64,000 nucleotides of DNA from contig NC_092670.1 in the NCBI RefSeq assembly GCF_964355755.1, positions 38,056,388 through 38,120,387 on the forward strand, read 5' to 3'. Under the pieces are notes generated by a model. The model searched no databases. It was not told the origin of the DNA and saw nothing but the letters and a program-made list of their open reading frames with translations. The DNA comes from Antedon mediterranea. Taxonomy: Eukaryota > Animalia > Echinodermata. The translations under genes and the position numbers were made by a program. Position 1 is the stretch's first letter. Every line of letters begins with the position of its first letter. Positions 1 through 14,800 of this stretch are shown here, piece after piece.

Positions 1-390
1 TCAAGTGTCTACGACCAGTAGTTAAGGAGATAAATATATGCCCTGGGTTGTGGGTCAAAGGTCAGAAATGGCATTTTCGGTCATTTTAAACTAAAATGTC
101 CCATTAGATTGAATATAAATGTATACCTTCTGATCAATTTGAGACCAAAATTACTTCGCTGTGACCAGTGGTTGTTCAGATTTAAGGACATATTGGTGTT
201 TGGTCTTATGACCTTTCACCCTGACCTTTTGACCTTTCGCCACATGTTCAAAATGTGTAACCAAGCCAAAAATGATTGTTTGACCACCCTAAACCAATTT
301 CTGAAGTCAAATTCTCTGGACCTCAAAGTGCATACGAAAGTTGATCTAGCTACTAGAGTATATAGGCTATACGGGGAATTTCCATGTGTG
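1..390. repeat. Probable interspersed repeat fragment (TGACCTTT-rich), truncated by the window edge
   Basis: Repeated gggtcaaaggtca / tgacctttgacc motifs and composition distinct from the flanks; family not identifiable. Confidence 0.35.
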
Positions 391-1949
391 TAAACAATAT
401 ATTCAATGTAAGCAAAAAATGAATGAAATCATGTGACTTCCAAAACACCATGTGATTTGACCTGACAGAGTTTAGTTTCATTTTTGCTGTTGCATTTTTG
501 CTGTTTACCCTGCGTTACCATTACATATATTGTTCCTAGGGTGCGGAAATTGTAATAGTAAAGTCTATTGCTTGTTGTTGTCTATAAATAATTGTTGCAA
601 GAGTACTGTATTTAAATTTGTTGTTATTGAAAGGAAGTGAGCTAGTGTTTATCATTTCATCAAAATGTGTGTATTTCCTACAGTAGAGAAACTATTTTAT
701 CTAACAAGATAACTTGCCATTGGCTGAGGTCTGTTTAACCAACATAATATATGTCGATAAGACTACTAGATCTTTGAACAGTGAGAATTTTGTATACAGT
801 AACAACTAGTTTGTGCACGTGGTTGGACTCTAACAGCAGTCCTATAGTTCATAATTTGAGTTACATTATTTGATACGCCGTGGAGAGAACTGCTAATCTT
901 TATTCCCATAGAGTTCAGTGGAATTGTTAGTTATATTCAAAGAGTTGTAAATTGTGTAAAATGACAAGTCCACGGCAGATTTTTCAAGATTTTTTCTCAA
1001 AAAGCTATCCTCCGTTAAATACAGGAAAAGATAGTGAGTATTGTGAATATAAGAAATCTTTAAAAAGAACTAATCTGCCTATATTTGTATTTTATTGTGT
1101 TAGTCATACTATTGTATTATAGAAGTTTATTAGTTACTAATACTAATAGGGGTACACGCAGCAAAACATGTTAAACGTGGATACATTTTACTATTTTTTT
1201 ATTTATTAGTCTTCTTTAAATAGACTAACCGAGATCAGTGATATCACTGCTTTCCACTGGGGCCCTCTAATCAACATTGCATTTTATTTAAATAATAATA
1301 GGACTATATAAAATTTTAAATTGTTAGTAACAAGGTGCCAGTGTTGTAATAAACTAAATAATGTATTGTATTTGTGATACCTTCCATACCATTTCATTCA
1401 ATCAATACGTGATTTCACTGTTAATTCATTTAGGACATGTTTCCAGTTAATATTGGAATTATAGTTGTTGTATATATACTTTGAAAGTTAGTATGCTTCT
1501 TAATTTGCTATTAATTAATTTACAAATCTAATCAGTAGGTCTAAAATAGTATTACATGTACTACATTCATGTTTTTTATATACAGTGTTAATACATTTGT
1601 TTCCTTATTACCTGAGGCTACCAATACCTGTAGTATTCCCGGATGTCAGACATTTAATTGTTTAGTTGAATGTGAAAGTATTTTTAGTACTTACAGTATT
1701 GTCTTGTACAACATATCTAAACATTAATAAGAAGGGTGTGTTTGTTTATAGCATATCCCATGAATATCATACATTATAAGAATAAATATATATGAATGTA
1801 TGAACTGTACACCACCCAAGTACTGTAATAGTAATACCCAGTGAATGTTTAATGTTATAGTAGAATATTCTGAAGGCTAGAGAGTTAACTATTAGGTGAC
1901 ACTGAGATGAGATAAAATCTAAATAATTTTTCATTTAATTATTAATATA

Positions 1950-2242
1950 TAATAATAATTAATAGCACTTATTCCACAGTGCTTCTAAGATTATTATCAT
2001 TTTGTTGTTGTTGATCAAAAACGTATGGAAACATACTTACAGTACTCCCATAATGCAGCTAGTAATCAGCGCAAAATTGTGTCTTGATCTAACCGGGTTC
2101 TCATTTATACACACCAGAGTGGAGAGAGACAAAACGTAAGTAAAGTGTCTGGCCTATGGATACAAGAAATGCAGCGAGAATTGGATTCGAACCACGATCT
2201 CACAATCAGTAGTCCCACGTCCAACACACTGCGCCACACGCC
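1950..2242 (-). mobile_element. tRNA-derived SINE
   Basis: Minus strand begins GGCGTGTGGCGCAGTG (A box) ... GGTTCGAATCC (B box), followed by a central core (GACACTTTAC...TCTCTCTCCAC...GTATAAATG) and an (ATT)n-like tail. Confidence 0.7.
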
Positions 2243-2848
2243 TTAAATAATAACAATAGATCATTTTGAAAATGCCAATGAAAAAAATGTTTTCTTCGTT
2301 AATTCTTACATTTTACAACCAAGGATTGTTTGAGGATACAGTGTAACATTTTAACATGCTCAGAATCACTGGGCATTCATGTACAGTATGTGGTGTGGCT
2401 TAGCCAGTGGGTGGGCTTAGCCAGAGGGTGGGGCTTCAAACTTGCATCACCGATCAGCTACTTAAGTTGAAAGTCTTTTGGAGTTAATGAAAATAAAAAC
2501 AACTAAAAATTCTGATAAAATCGCAGTGGTTGATGTTTAACAGTATGAACTTTTTTTAAAGTTATAAACCATTTTAATTTTAATAATTTTTAGTTTAATA
2601 ATAAACAATGTTGGATGAAATATATGTGTAAATGTACAATACAAAATAGAAAAATGTGGAGAATAGTGTATTGTCAATATTAATATTAGACAACTAATTT
2701 TTGTATAAACTTGTTTGTGCCTTAGTTAAACATTAACCGTGCTGGTTCCCAGAATCTACAACACAATAGGCTAGTAAATAAGTGTGAAGCAATAACATGG
2801 TTTTCTACTGTTGTTTTTTCAGTGCTCAGAAAAGTAAAGAAAGAGAAG

Positions 2849-5800
2849 ATGAATTTCTCCAAGTGTGACTTGCAATGGTCTCCGACAGCCAGCGATCTCT
2901 TTCTGACCTTTAACAGTTCGGTTCCATCAGACTTGACTTTGTTTCAGGTTGGGGAGTTGGATGAGGGTGATTTAGCATCCAATACTAATGACACTAAGGC
3001 ACAATCTATATCATCAAAGTTAAATGCTTGGCCAATAGGAAGCCTTGCAGATTTTAAACTTCCAAGTAAATCTGATATTAAGGTACAGTTTCATTTATAT
3101 ATTTTTTATCTTTATTTTCTCTAAAAAAGTTTTTCTTTAAGTGATTTAACAGATATATATTAAAAAATGTTATAAAATGTTAATTAGAAGGTTTTACTAC
3201 CCATTTGAAGCAGCAAATAAACATACTAACTTCGTTTCAGTTGCGTTGAAACACCGGTTCTCGTTAGGTTGCCGAAGTTAGCAATGTTGGACCCAGTGTA
3301 GATGACTTGGATGGGAAACCGTCACCTTACAAATTTAAATTTACTATTTTTATTATTCTTTATACTGGGTAGCCTCTTCAGTCAAAGACTATTCTCCCAG
3401 AGGTCCCAGTGTATAGTACTATGGTGAGTTTAAACAATTCTCGCACAATACGTTATATTTTTCTAGTGTTATGCTTGTCAGCCAAAGAATTTCCCAGGTG
3501 CCAACCTGGTGACCCTCGGAATGTCAAGCGGCAAGGTTTTGCTTAGCTCGTTTGATCATGAATCGCTACAAGTCGCTGATCGTGTTGAGCGTGAATTTCA
3601 TCCTAAACATAATCGCCCATGTCATATACTCGAATGGAACACATTGGAAACTCATCGTGTAAGTTTTAAACCCAAAAAACCATCCAGAAACTCTTTTAAA
3701 TTAAATTAAAGATTTTTAAAATTAAAACTGCTTTTTAAACTGAAAATCAGACTTTATTGGCTAGCTAATGATGTTCAGTTTTGGAAGATTAACTCCGAAA
3801 TATTTAAATATTTGTCATCTCAATTTTGTATATTTTTTTTAAATTTCAGCTTCTTGCAGGTTATGATAAATACAGGGGCGATCAAGGTGTAGCATTGTGG
3901 GATATAAATCAAGGTGAAGTCGCATGTTTTCACATCATGTACTAAATATTAATGTCGTCTGTTCTCTTTCATTATAATATCTTCTTCTTCTTCTATTTCC
4001 TTATATATACTGTAACTTAAAACCGATGAAACTATTATATACCTCGACTTTCACTTAATGTATTTAGGTAGTCAGCACACAATATGAGGGTTGATGACCT
4101 TTGAACTGGTCTCAAACAGACTTTCACAGTGAAGTGCACTACCAGTTTTACTCCATGCTTACAGTACTTTACACTTTATATATATTAATTTATAATAATT
4201 AATTGATTTATTATTTTTAATTACAGAAAAAGATAAATCGAGAAAAATGTCAGGAATGAATGATGGATTGGGAGGAGCCGCCAAACCGTTGGCTGAATTT
4301 GGATCACCGGGTGAAAACGTGCATTCAATCAAGTGGCTGAACAACCAAGCGACATGCTTCGTAGCGGGAATCGGCACCAAACATATTCGTCTGTACGATA
4401 TCAGAGGTACTAGTTGAACTTTGAAGCGAGATTTATTGTTCTCACAACAAAACATACAAAAATAAGTACAATATTTTAGGTTATATGTATAAGACCAGGT
4501 CATCTACCCAGAAACACTTTATTTATGAAAAGTACACTACTGCCTGCAGGAAAAATTCTTTTATTTTTAACTGACTTTTTTTAGGGAATAATTTAACTTT
4601 AAACATTAAATTATCACAAACATTACTTTCGTTTTTTAAAAAATACAAAAAAATACTTAACCCATCAATATTCTTTAGATAGTTATTAAGTTTGCTCCTA
4701 TGTAATTTATATATATGTCTTTTCTATTGATATTCAACTAAAATCTGTTTGTTTTTTTTTTTTTTTAGAAAGTAATGTCTTTTGGAAACTTAAAGCCCTT
4801 TTTGGCTTATTTGAGTTTCCACACATAAACAGACTTATCCAGGTTTTTTTGTCTTGATCTTTTATTTATTTTATGTGGAACAATAAAAATGAAATGAATA
4901 ACATAGGAGAATTAGATAACATGTCAACCTTGTGTTAGTCTATCCAGGAACCTTTAAATAAGAAAAGGTAAAAAATATTAAATATTAAAATGTTATTATT
5001 TTTATAACAGACTCATCTCGAAGCCATGGCCAGGTGACAACTAAATTATTGTATGGTATAGCCATCGATCCTTGCACGGACTACCGCTTCAGCTCGTGCG
5101 TCGATTCGCAAATGAACATCTGGGATTTACGCAAACTCGATCGATCTGTATCCTTTCAATTAGAATGTCTCTTTATTTCTATTGATTTTAAAATGAAGAA
5201 ATTGTTTTTTTGTGAACTTTATTCAATAAATCATAATAATTAGTCATAATAATGATCTTCTTCTTTCACTCACTCCTTCCTTCCACAACTTTTTAAATTT
5301 TTTTCTTATGATTTGATTGTTGAAGTTGTTATTGTTAAATTTTATGGCGTTCTCTTCCTGTTTTGTAATGTTTACCTTTTATAATTGTTACATATTTATA
5401 TATATTTGTAAAACGAGCAATGAATTTCTGAAAGGATTAATAAAAGATAATTTGAATTTTGAATTTTTTGATAACCAATAATAAATGTGTAGTACAGTGA
5501 ATTTTAAAAAATATTAATAATTATAAAATATAATACAGTGATTATTTACAATAATTTTAATGAAACCACTCTGAGTGAAGTTCTTGACAAAATATTGCCA
5601 CAGAGAGCGCATGTTGATGTTATGGCCCATGTTAAAAGAATAAAAAACATTTTTTTTTTAATTTGTAACGTTATTAATGAACTGATTTTCTTGAAATTCA
5701 ATAAGCATATTCTGTAAGTATGTAACTATTTACACTGAAAAAATTGTAGGTGCTATCGTGCTAGCAAACAAACAATGCAAGTACTATAATAAAAAGAAAA

Positions 5801-8800
5801 TAGAATTTTGCCAAGTAATAACAAATATAGATTAGTGTTTATTTATAAGAGCACAGCCAAATAAGAGTTTAGTGGTAGAATTAAATTATACGTTCTTTAA
5901 CTGTATTCATTCAGATTCATAATATTACTGAACCAAGAAGTGTAGTTAAGGTTGCTTGGTGTCCAACACGATACAATCGACTGGCGTGTCTCATTCGTGA
6001 CAGCTCCGTTGTCAAAATATACTCAATAGAACACCTTTGTAAGTACACTATAAAAAACGATCAACAATACCAGTCTTCTAGGCTTGCTGTTAATATAGCT
6101 TCCATGTAGCCCTTATCTTGGCGCACATACACAATGTACAACATACAAGCTAATTAGTTATATTTACTAGTTCAAAATCTCTAACAGAAAAATATGCATT
6201 TTCGGAGCTACACTTAAACAATGTGGTATTTCTAAGAGCTTAATTTGTATTTGATAATTTGTTGCCTTTTTAAATGATGTTTTATGATGATAATTGATGT
6301 GCTTTTATTTTCTTTTTATGTAGTTAACTTTATATGGCTTGTAAAATAAAGTTTATTATTATTATTATTTTATTTAAATATAGATAAGGAGGATATGGAG
6401 CACAATGAGATGCACCTGCAAAGTAAGTACAAATATTTTTTTTTGGTGAGGATACATTTTTTGGATGTTTGTCCTGACCAATTATGAATTATTAGTAGTT
6501 TATAAAAAATATAACTTCCTATCTGCCATTGTGGCAGCCAGTTCATCTCTTTGCATACCAGTAACCGTCTCTAGTATATCAATGTATATATGTTGATGGC
6601 CATGGAGGAATCTAGTTCAGGTATGTCCCAGACTAAGTAAGTAAGTATATAAAAAATATGCTATCACAATAATATATGAACTTTGACCTTTTTAACTAGC
6701 TAATGGCGGAAATCAAGTAGCGTCGTTTGCCTGGCATCCTACCCATGAGAACTGTATACTAAGCATCACACCAAGTGGAATACTTAAAGAAACAGTGGTT
6801 GCTGATCTTATACCAATGGTAGGCACAGACAAAAACATTTACACTTAAAGATACACTGTCCCCCTAAAAAAAATAATTTTTGAATTTTTTGTTGTTGAAT
6901 ATGCCATTTTAATGCCACGTAATAGTTATTCACTTTGACCAAAAACTGGATAAAAAACAAATATTTACCTGAAAAAATGTTATTCAAAGCAAAATATACC
7001 TAAATTGTCTGAGACAATGGTTTTTGGTTAAAATTAACCATTTCTTTTGTCTTTTTATAAGTGAAATAAAAATTTCTTTACATTATTACAAAAGTTAACT
7101 TTATTAAAACTGCAAAATGACCTATTCAAAATCCAATTTTGTTAATCTTTATTTTTCATGTTTTTGGGGGACAATGTTTGATGGAATGAATTCAGAGCGT
7201 AGTGCCTGGGGAATTTTATAATTAGTACAGATAAATATACAGCTCATGAAGCCTAGGTTTGGTTTCCTGAGTTTATATCCTCATCTTGAGTCTCTATAAA
7301 TCTCCACATAATTTCTCCATATCTCAATACTGTATTAAATTAATATGTTTATTATATAAACATAATAATAATACAATGTACTGTTTTTTCAGACCTGGTC
7401 TCCACAATCCAGTCTTTTAATAGGCAGTGGTCGATATCTCCAAGAGATGGCAGCCGAGTGTGCTGATGATATATCTACCAAGATTAAAGCTAGAGCACTG
7501 AGGGGGTATGGACTAAAGGTAGGACAGACAGCACCCTCATTTGTTGTGTTGTACCATGTGACTAGGCAGTCTTTACAATAGCAAATGGGTAGATATAATC
7601 ACACTAAGCATATCAGTATTTACCAATAATAATAAGTCATAAGCATTGGCGTAGCGGCTATGAGTGCTCACTGGCTAACCCCCGAAGGTTATGGGGCCCT
7701 GAGCAGTCCCCAGAGGGAAAAAACAGGCATTATAATATGTCGAAAAAAAGGCTAAAAACATTCGAGGCCTCAACCGTTGGAGGGCCACTTAGGGTACCTA
7801 AACCAGAGAGGCCTATGGTCTCTATGTTACGCCACTGGTCATACGTCCACATTTTTACCTTAGTTACATAACAATATGTAATAATTTATGGAGAAAAAGG
7901 TCTTCATATTATTGTATTATGAATAATAATAACCTTTGACCTTTGACCTTTCTCTAATAGAAAGAACAAATTTGGGAGAATGGCGAGTTAGTCGGCGATG
8001 AAACTCTTCGGAAATTCTGGCTTATTCTGGATCACATCAAAAGTTTACACAAGGAAAAAGGTCTGCAAAAAATACGAAACAATCCATTTTATGGGGTTAA
8101 AGACCTCATCGCTGGCGAAATCCCGGGAACAGAATTTTGTTTACGAAGCAAACAACATGGAAAAAATTTAGAAGGAACCACAAATTCATCGAACATTCAC
8201 ATTTATACAAGTCAGGAAAGGTTAGTTGATTATTAGAAAATCTAATTGGTATTACCGTATTTATTTGTATAAACGCTCCGAGGCATTTATAATTCAGGTT
8301 GTTAGGCGTTGATTCAAGGGAAGCGTTTATTCAAGGGAGGCATTTATTTTTTAAATTAAGAACATTACATTATTTTAATATAAAGGTTTTACATGCATTG
8401 ACAAACTATTATTTTTCCTCTTGGCAATAGTGTGTTTTTTATTTATATTAACTATCTTATAATCAAAATAATTTTTTTCATCCTAAGGACAATATCTATG
8501 CGATTGTGTAACTGGGATTTTCAAAATCCTACAGCATTGGAAATCTACATTACCAGGTAAATTTTTCAAATCAATTCCACATTTCTTTTGCAATTTCTTT
8601 CTGTAGTTGTGTATTAGGCAATTCCTTTCTGTAGTTGTGTATCAGGCAATTTCTTTCTGTAGTTGTGTATTAGGCAATTCCTTTCTGTAGTTGTGCATTA
8701 GGCAATTCCTTTCTGTAGTTGTGTATTAGGCAATTTCTTTCTGTAGTTGTGTATTAGGCAATTCCTTTCTGTAGTTGTGTATTAGGCAATTCCTTTCTGT

Positions 8801-11800
8801 AGCAAGACAATTTGACAAAAACAACAAATTAAACGATACACAAATATAGATAATCAGCCAACTGAAACCAATAAAACATTGACAAATTTTAAATTAGGTA
8901 AATAAATACCTCTTTATGACAGTACAAGTACATTAAGTAGCACTTTCATAACACTAAGTTCTAAGTTCCACACTGTAAGTGATAATTTCAGAGATATGTT
9001 TTTTCTACAATTCTGTTAATTATTTAAGATGTATCATTTAGGTACCACAGTGGAAATAAGTTTGTACTTTTCTGTGTTTTTATCCTTGTTTGATCCATAA
9101 CAGAATGAATATATATAAAAAAACAAGTTCTTGGGTGTAAAACATGTATTATTTTATCTATATATTGATAATTTTGGATCTGGTCAGTTAGGCAGTGAGG
9201 AATAATAGTAATATACTGTACCCCTTCCACATCTCCTAGCACAACTCTGTAGTTGACACACACTGGGGCATATTATATAATACAAAACACCAGTGTAGAC
9301 ACCCCTGTGTGTAAACACCCCTGTGTGTAAACTCTGGAGTTTTTCTAGTCGATTTGCAAGAAGAACAAGGCTCGCTGAATGACTACCATACCTAAATTTA
9401 CCTTAGTAATAATTCCTTTCATGTTAGTCTAATTAAAAACCTCTTGAATAGGAAAAATAACTATTGTAAACGTTGTATTTCATTGCATATTCAGGCTAAT
9501 AGAAAATGGTGAATTTGAAAGGGCAGCGGCAATACACATGTTTAATCTGAATTTAAGAAAAGCTATAGAAACATTGAACCTGGGTTCGACATCAAGTAGG
9601 TGGAAAAAAGGTAAAGTGGATAAACTATTTTACAATTTATAGTGCTTATAAACTAAGTCTAATTTTGAGGGAGTGAAGTTGAAAGAGTCGTGAGTTGCAA
9701 TTGGTCAGGATTGGGATTAGAAGGCAAGCATGTTAACAACCAAGCTACAGCTTCACTACACTTCTTTGTCAGATTAGTATTTACTTCCTATAATCTATAT
9801 ATGTACCACTTATTATTTATGACTCCATAAAGCTACAAGTGCAATTTCTTTTGAATAGTAGATAGAGGAGCTAAAAACCCTGAATTTTAAAATAATAGAA
9901 ACCTTTTCAATAGGGTTTTATAAAAATTGTGTGTATTTGTCAACGAAATTTAGTGCTCATTTATTGCCATCTATTACTTAAAGGGGGATTCTGGGTTTAA
10001 AATTGCTTTTAAATATCGTTTATTTATTAAATAAAAAATATTATAACAATATAGACATGTCAAAATGAAGAAGTAATAACGAGAAATTAAAAAAATTAAA
10101 TTTCATATACATTTTAGGGTAAATTCATGGAAAGTCTGTTTTTCTGCAGCTTAGGGAAGCTCATTAATATTCATGAGATATTCACAAAATCACGTCACCA
10201 GTGGATTCCAAACTCTCTCTCCCCTGTCAAACGACGACCACCCGATCATTATGAAATACATTTTTTGTAGATTTTCTAAGCTAGGCCTAAAGTGTAATAA
10301 TAACAGTAGTAGCATATATTTATTTGACATTTAATGAAATACAAAATTTAGTACAGATTACGGAGTCATAAATTATACTATTGTTATACCTCTATACTAT
10401 AGTACAGATCGTATTATCGGCTTCACGTACAATACTACTCTAGGCCTAGCCTAATGGGCGAGAGCCATTCTGACTAGGGATTCCACGCCACGATGGCTAC
10501 GTTAAAACAATGGGGCCCATGGGCCTAGCTAGCCTACTACTAGACGATTGGGCCGATTGGCCCATAAATAACAAAACCCATCCTATCAACCAAACTCCTA
10601 AACAATCTAAACCTAAAACGTTCTACAAAATCGGCTGTAAATATTGAAGCAAAACAAGGTCCGATCGCCGCCGTCCACACGTATGGTGTCCCGATCGTCT
10701 AAGTAGGCCTAAAATAAAATAGGCTTAGGCTAGTTTATTCTCCAAAAAAGCGGAATACTCATGCATCAAGCAAGTAGACCAGGTAGTAGGAAGGAGACCT
10801 AGCCGATCCGGCCCAGTTAAAAATTGAGCTAGCTAGTGTAGTAGACCCTATGCGAATTGATACTACCAGGCCTTTTACTATAGGCTGCACTACACAAATA
10901 TTCCAACTCTCTCATTCGAGCTATATTATCTATACCATTCCGGAAGGTCGAGTCGACCTTCAATCAAATACTGTACATCGTTCATGTTGTGATTATAGAC
11001 GGGGTATACTCGACCCGACCAGTTTGGTATTGTTGTATCTGCTTATCACGTGACGATGCCAAGCATGGGCAGCAGAGAGAGCACGTGTATCGTCGTCTCG
11101 CTCGATCCTCAGCAGGAATGTACAGTATACGTTACGCTTCATTGATTTTGATTTTTCCCTAAGTCGGTGTGAAAATCGGCAAACGTAAAGTGCAAACATA
11201 TCTAATTTTTCACTGTTTTGATGAATTTTCATAAAAAATTGACTTTATAAATGGGAAGACCGACTAAAATTACATCAGATAAGTATAATTTTATAAAAGT
11301 AATTGATATGGTTAATGATAACGAGTCGTCGGAAGATGGACCATTTCACGAATTTCCTATTTTGTAACCACAGTGTGATTTTGCCGTAGCTGCACTTGTA
11401 ATCTGGCCTGATTTCACAGCCTTCGTTCTGCTTCACTGGGCGCTTATATAAATTGAAACTTTTACCGTTCAAGAGACAAACAAATATATTTTACATTTTT
11501 TACTATTCATTTTAAACCCGGAACCCCCCTTTAAAGCGCTGTCTACACTATCAAACTTTATGTGACAACAAAATGTGATGTGCCCAAATATGGTAGTGAT
11601 ATATTCCCATATATGGTAGTGATATGACATCATCATGTCTATATATGGACACATCACATTTTTTGTCACATAAAAATTGATAGTTTAGATAGAGTTTTAC
11701 ATCATCATCATGTGATAATAATATCAGTTGGACTTGAAATCAGTTATCAGTTGTCATATAAAGTTTGATAGTGTAGACAGAGCCTAACATTTCTATTGGT

Positions 11801-14800
11801 TTCAATAGGTGATGTTAACCTGAGTGCCATTGCGATGGCTTTATCAGGGTATGATAGCAGTAGGAAGAACCTCTGGTGTGAGATGTGTTCTCTATTATGT
11901 AAGCAGTTACAAAACCCTTACTTAATGGCAATGTTTACTTTCCTGACCTGTGACGATGGGAACTATTCGGTTGTATTGGTAAGCAGTTGTACCATTGAAA
12001 TAAACTTTTGAAATGAGTGTGGTAAAACTGAAAAGAAGCGCTAAATCAACTATTTGTATCCTATAAAATGGAAGATTTAAGAAAAGAATATGTAAAAATA
12101 TTTGCTTAGGTTATTTTGAAAACTGAAAAGTTAAGAAGATTGTTTTGCTAAGCATGTTTAATAAATCTGACCCTGACCTTTGAAAATTGGAATTGAGGTG
12201 TCTTTTTCAAAATAAAAGAACAGGTTCACTTATGCACTGCTCAACCTTCTTGACATAAGCTAAATCTACACTGTCAAACTTGGTTCACAAATAAACGTGT
12301 GATGTGCCCAAATGTGGTGATGATATGCCCAAATATGTTAGTGATATGACATCATTATGTCCAAATATGGGCACATCACATTTATTTGTCACATAAAGTT
12401 TTAAACAGAGCTTTAAACAAAAAGATACAGTAAATGCCAGCCTAGAGTTTTTTTGCCAAACCCAGATGCTTTTAAATTTTTGAAGAATGCAACAGGTTTC
12501 TTTTGTTCAAACTTGCCTAGGATGAAGATGCATACAAGATGAGCATACAAGACCGTATAGCATTTGCCTGTATATTCCTGAATGATAGTCAACTATCCAA
12601 GTACATCAAACGTTGGACAGAGGAAGCCATGAATGAGGGTGATCTGGATGGTATTCTGCTGACAGGCCTGACAGAAGATGGCATCAAGCTTTTAGCTTCA
12701 TATATTGACAAGGTAAGTTTGAACAGTCATTTTGAGCAAGCATAGAGAGCTTTCGATTTTAGACTGAACAGTCTAGGTCAGGTCAATCTAGAATCCATCA
12801 ATACTGGGTTGAGGTGTGTATCGAGAAAGCACGTCCCAGCTCAACCACATGCACAAAAGTTACATGATCTAGTTAGGTCGTGGGTCATATCAATTTGAAA
12901 GTTCCCTATTTATGAAATGAAAATAGTCCCATGATCTAGAGGATCGTAGGGGCGTAGCAGATGAGATATAGTGCACCAAGTCCTTTAAGATTTAGTAGGG
13001 GAATTAGTAGTTGTACTCATCATGATACGATACACACAGGCACAAGCCATGTCTCCCAGTGGTGCCTATCTCTTCTCTAGGGTTTTGCTGGATGGCTGTT
13101 GTTGGTTCTTCTCGTTTAGTACCAACGGGTGTCTAACCATGCTCCACACCATGCTCATAAATATTCATTATTTGTATAATAACATTATTCATTTAATTGC
13201 CCCCTCTATAGACAGCTGATGTACAAACTGCCAGTCTTGTAGCTGTGTTAGCATTTCCATGGCAACTTACCAGGGATCCAATTGTTCAGAATTGGATTGA
13301 TTGCTACAGAAATCTCCTGGACACATGGAGACTATGGCATGAAAGGTCAGCTCAAGTTCATTCCATTTTAAATAAGTTAAATTGTCAATTTTGCAGTCAT
13401 ATTCATTGTGGAAGGAGCCATATGATTTTAAAAACAATAGATTTATTTCTTTTTTATACTGGGTAATAGTCAGTAAAACTCTTTCTTTCTCACAGAGCCC
13501 AGTCCAGCACATCAACCGACAATCCCCTTCTATATTAGAATATTGTACAAATATGTATGTACACAGGCTTTATGTCCAATTTGAAGGATGAGCCAATGGC
13601 TAAGGATACAGTACATACAATATGACAGATTTTTAACCCATGCATCTCACATGCTAGTTCCATGTACCTTACCACTATGCCATATACTACTCTTTCATAC
13701 CGTCTCAGTGATGTAGTCACAAGAAATAAATTGGTCCAGTTTTCGCCAAAGGAACAGTCCCTGTTCAAGCCACTGGGTTGTCAAAGGCCTCTGTGAAAAG
13801 TAGTCAGGTTGAAACCTTACCAACTGGTGGTTCTAGACTAATCAACACTATTTTGAATCCTGTTGGTTCCTTAATGAGCTTCTGATATCATTATGTACTA
13901 TGATTTAATAGTGCCTCTGGAAAAGCTATAATACTAATTGATTAATAATAACACATATGAATGCTACAGAGCCAAGTTTGATTCTTATGTGCAACAAGAA
14001 AGCACAAGAAAGAAGCAAGAGCTACAACAAATCTTCGTAACATGCCATTTCTGCCAGAGTCCTGTTTCACCATCGCCTTACATCCATCATGTGCAAGCCA
14101 GCAGGAACGCCAGAGTAATGGAAGCAGCTTCTAAGGATTCAAGAGTCAGAATGAGTGTAATCAATCAATATTATTAATCAATATCAATACTGTACATTAT
14201 TATTCACTATATTTATCAATATATTAATATTATTAATCACTATATTTATCAATACTATACATTAATCGATCAATATATTAAACAATCAATATTAATAATC
14301 ACTATAGTATATTTATAAATATATTAATCAATAATATTATTAATCACTATATTTATCAATACTATACATTAATCGATCAATATATTAAACAATCTATTAT
14401 TAATCACTATATTTATCAATACATTATCAATCAATATTATAAATCTCTATATTTATCAATACATTAATCGATCAATATTATTAATCACTATATTTATCAA
14501 TACATATCAATATTATCCACTATATTTATCAATACATTAATTGATCAATATTATTAATCACTATATTTATCAATACATTATCAATCAATATTATTAATCG
14601 CTATATTTATATTAATCAATAATATTATTAATCACTATATTATCAATACTATACAATAATCGATCAATATATTAAACAATAAATACTATTAATCACTATA
14701 TTTATAAATATATTAGTCAATAATATTATTAATCACTATATTTATCAATATATTAATAGATCAATATTATTATTCACTATATTTATCAATACATTATCAA

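Noticed and set aside
2150-2242. tRNA gene on the minus strand
   Set aside because: A and B boxes are present but I see no intact cloverleaf, and it continues into a SINE body and tail.
6423-6699. Second U12 intron in MIOS (CCTTTTTAAC near the acceptor)
   Set aside because: The donor is canonical U2 GTAAGT and the motif is too close to the AG.
11469-11669. Family of similar short ORFs ([14 protein letters not shown]..., FDSVDRAL) also at 21664, 23123, 31403, 33383 and 43178
   Set aside because: Translations of MITE family A copies, not a peptide gene family.
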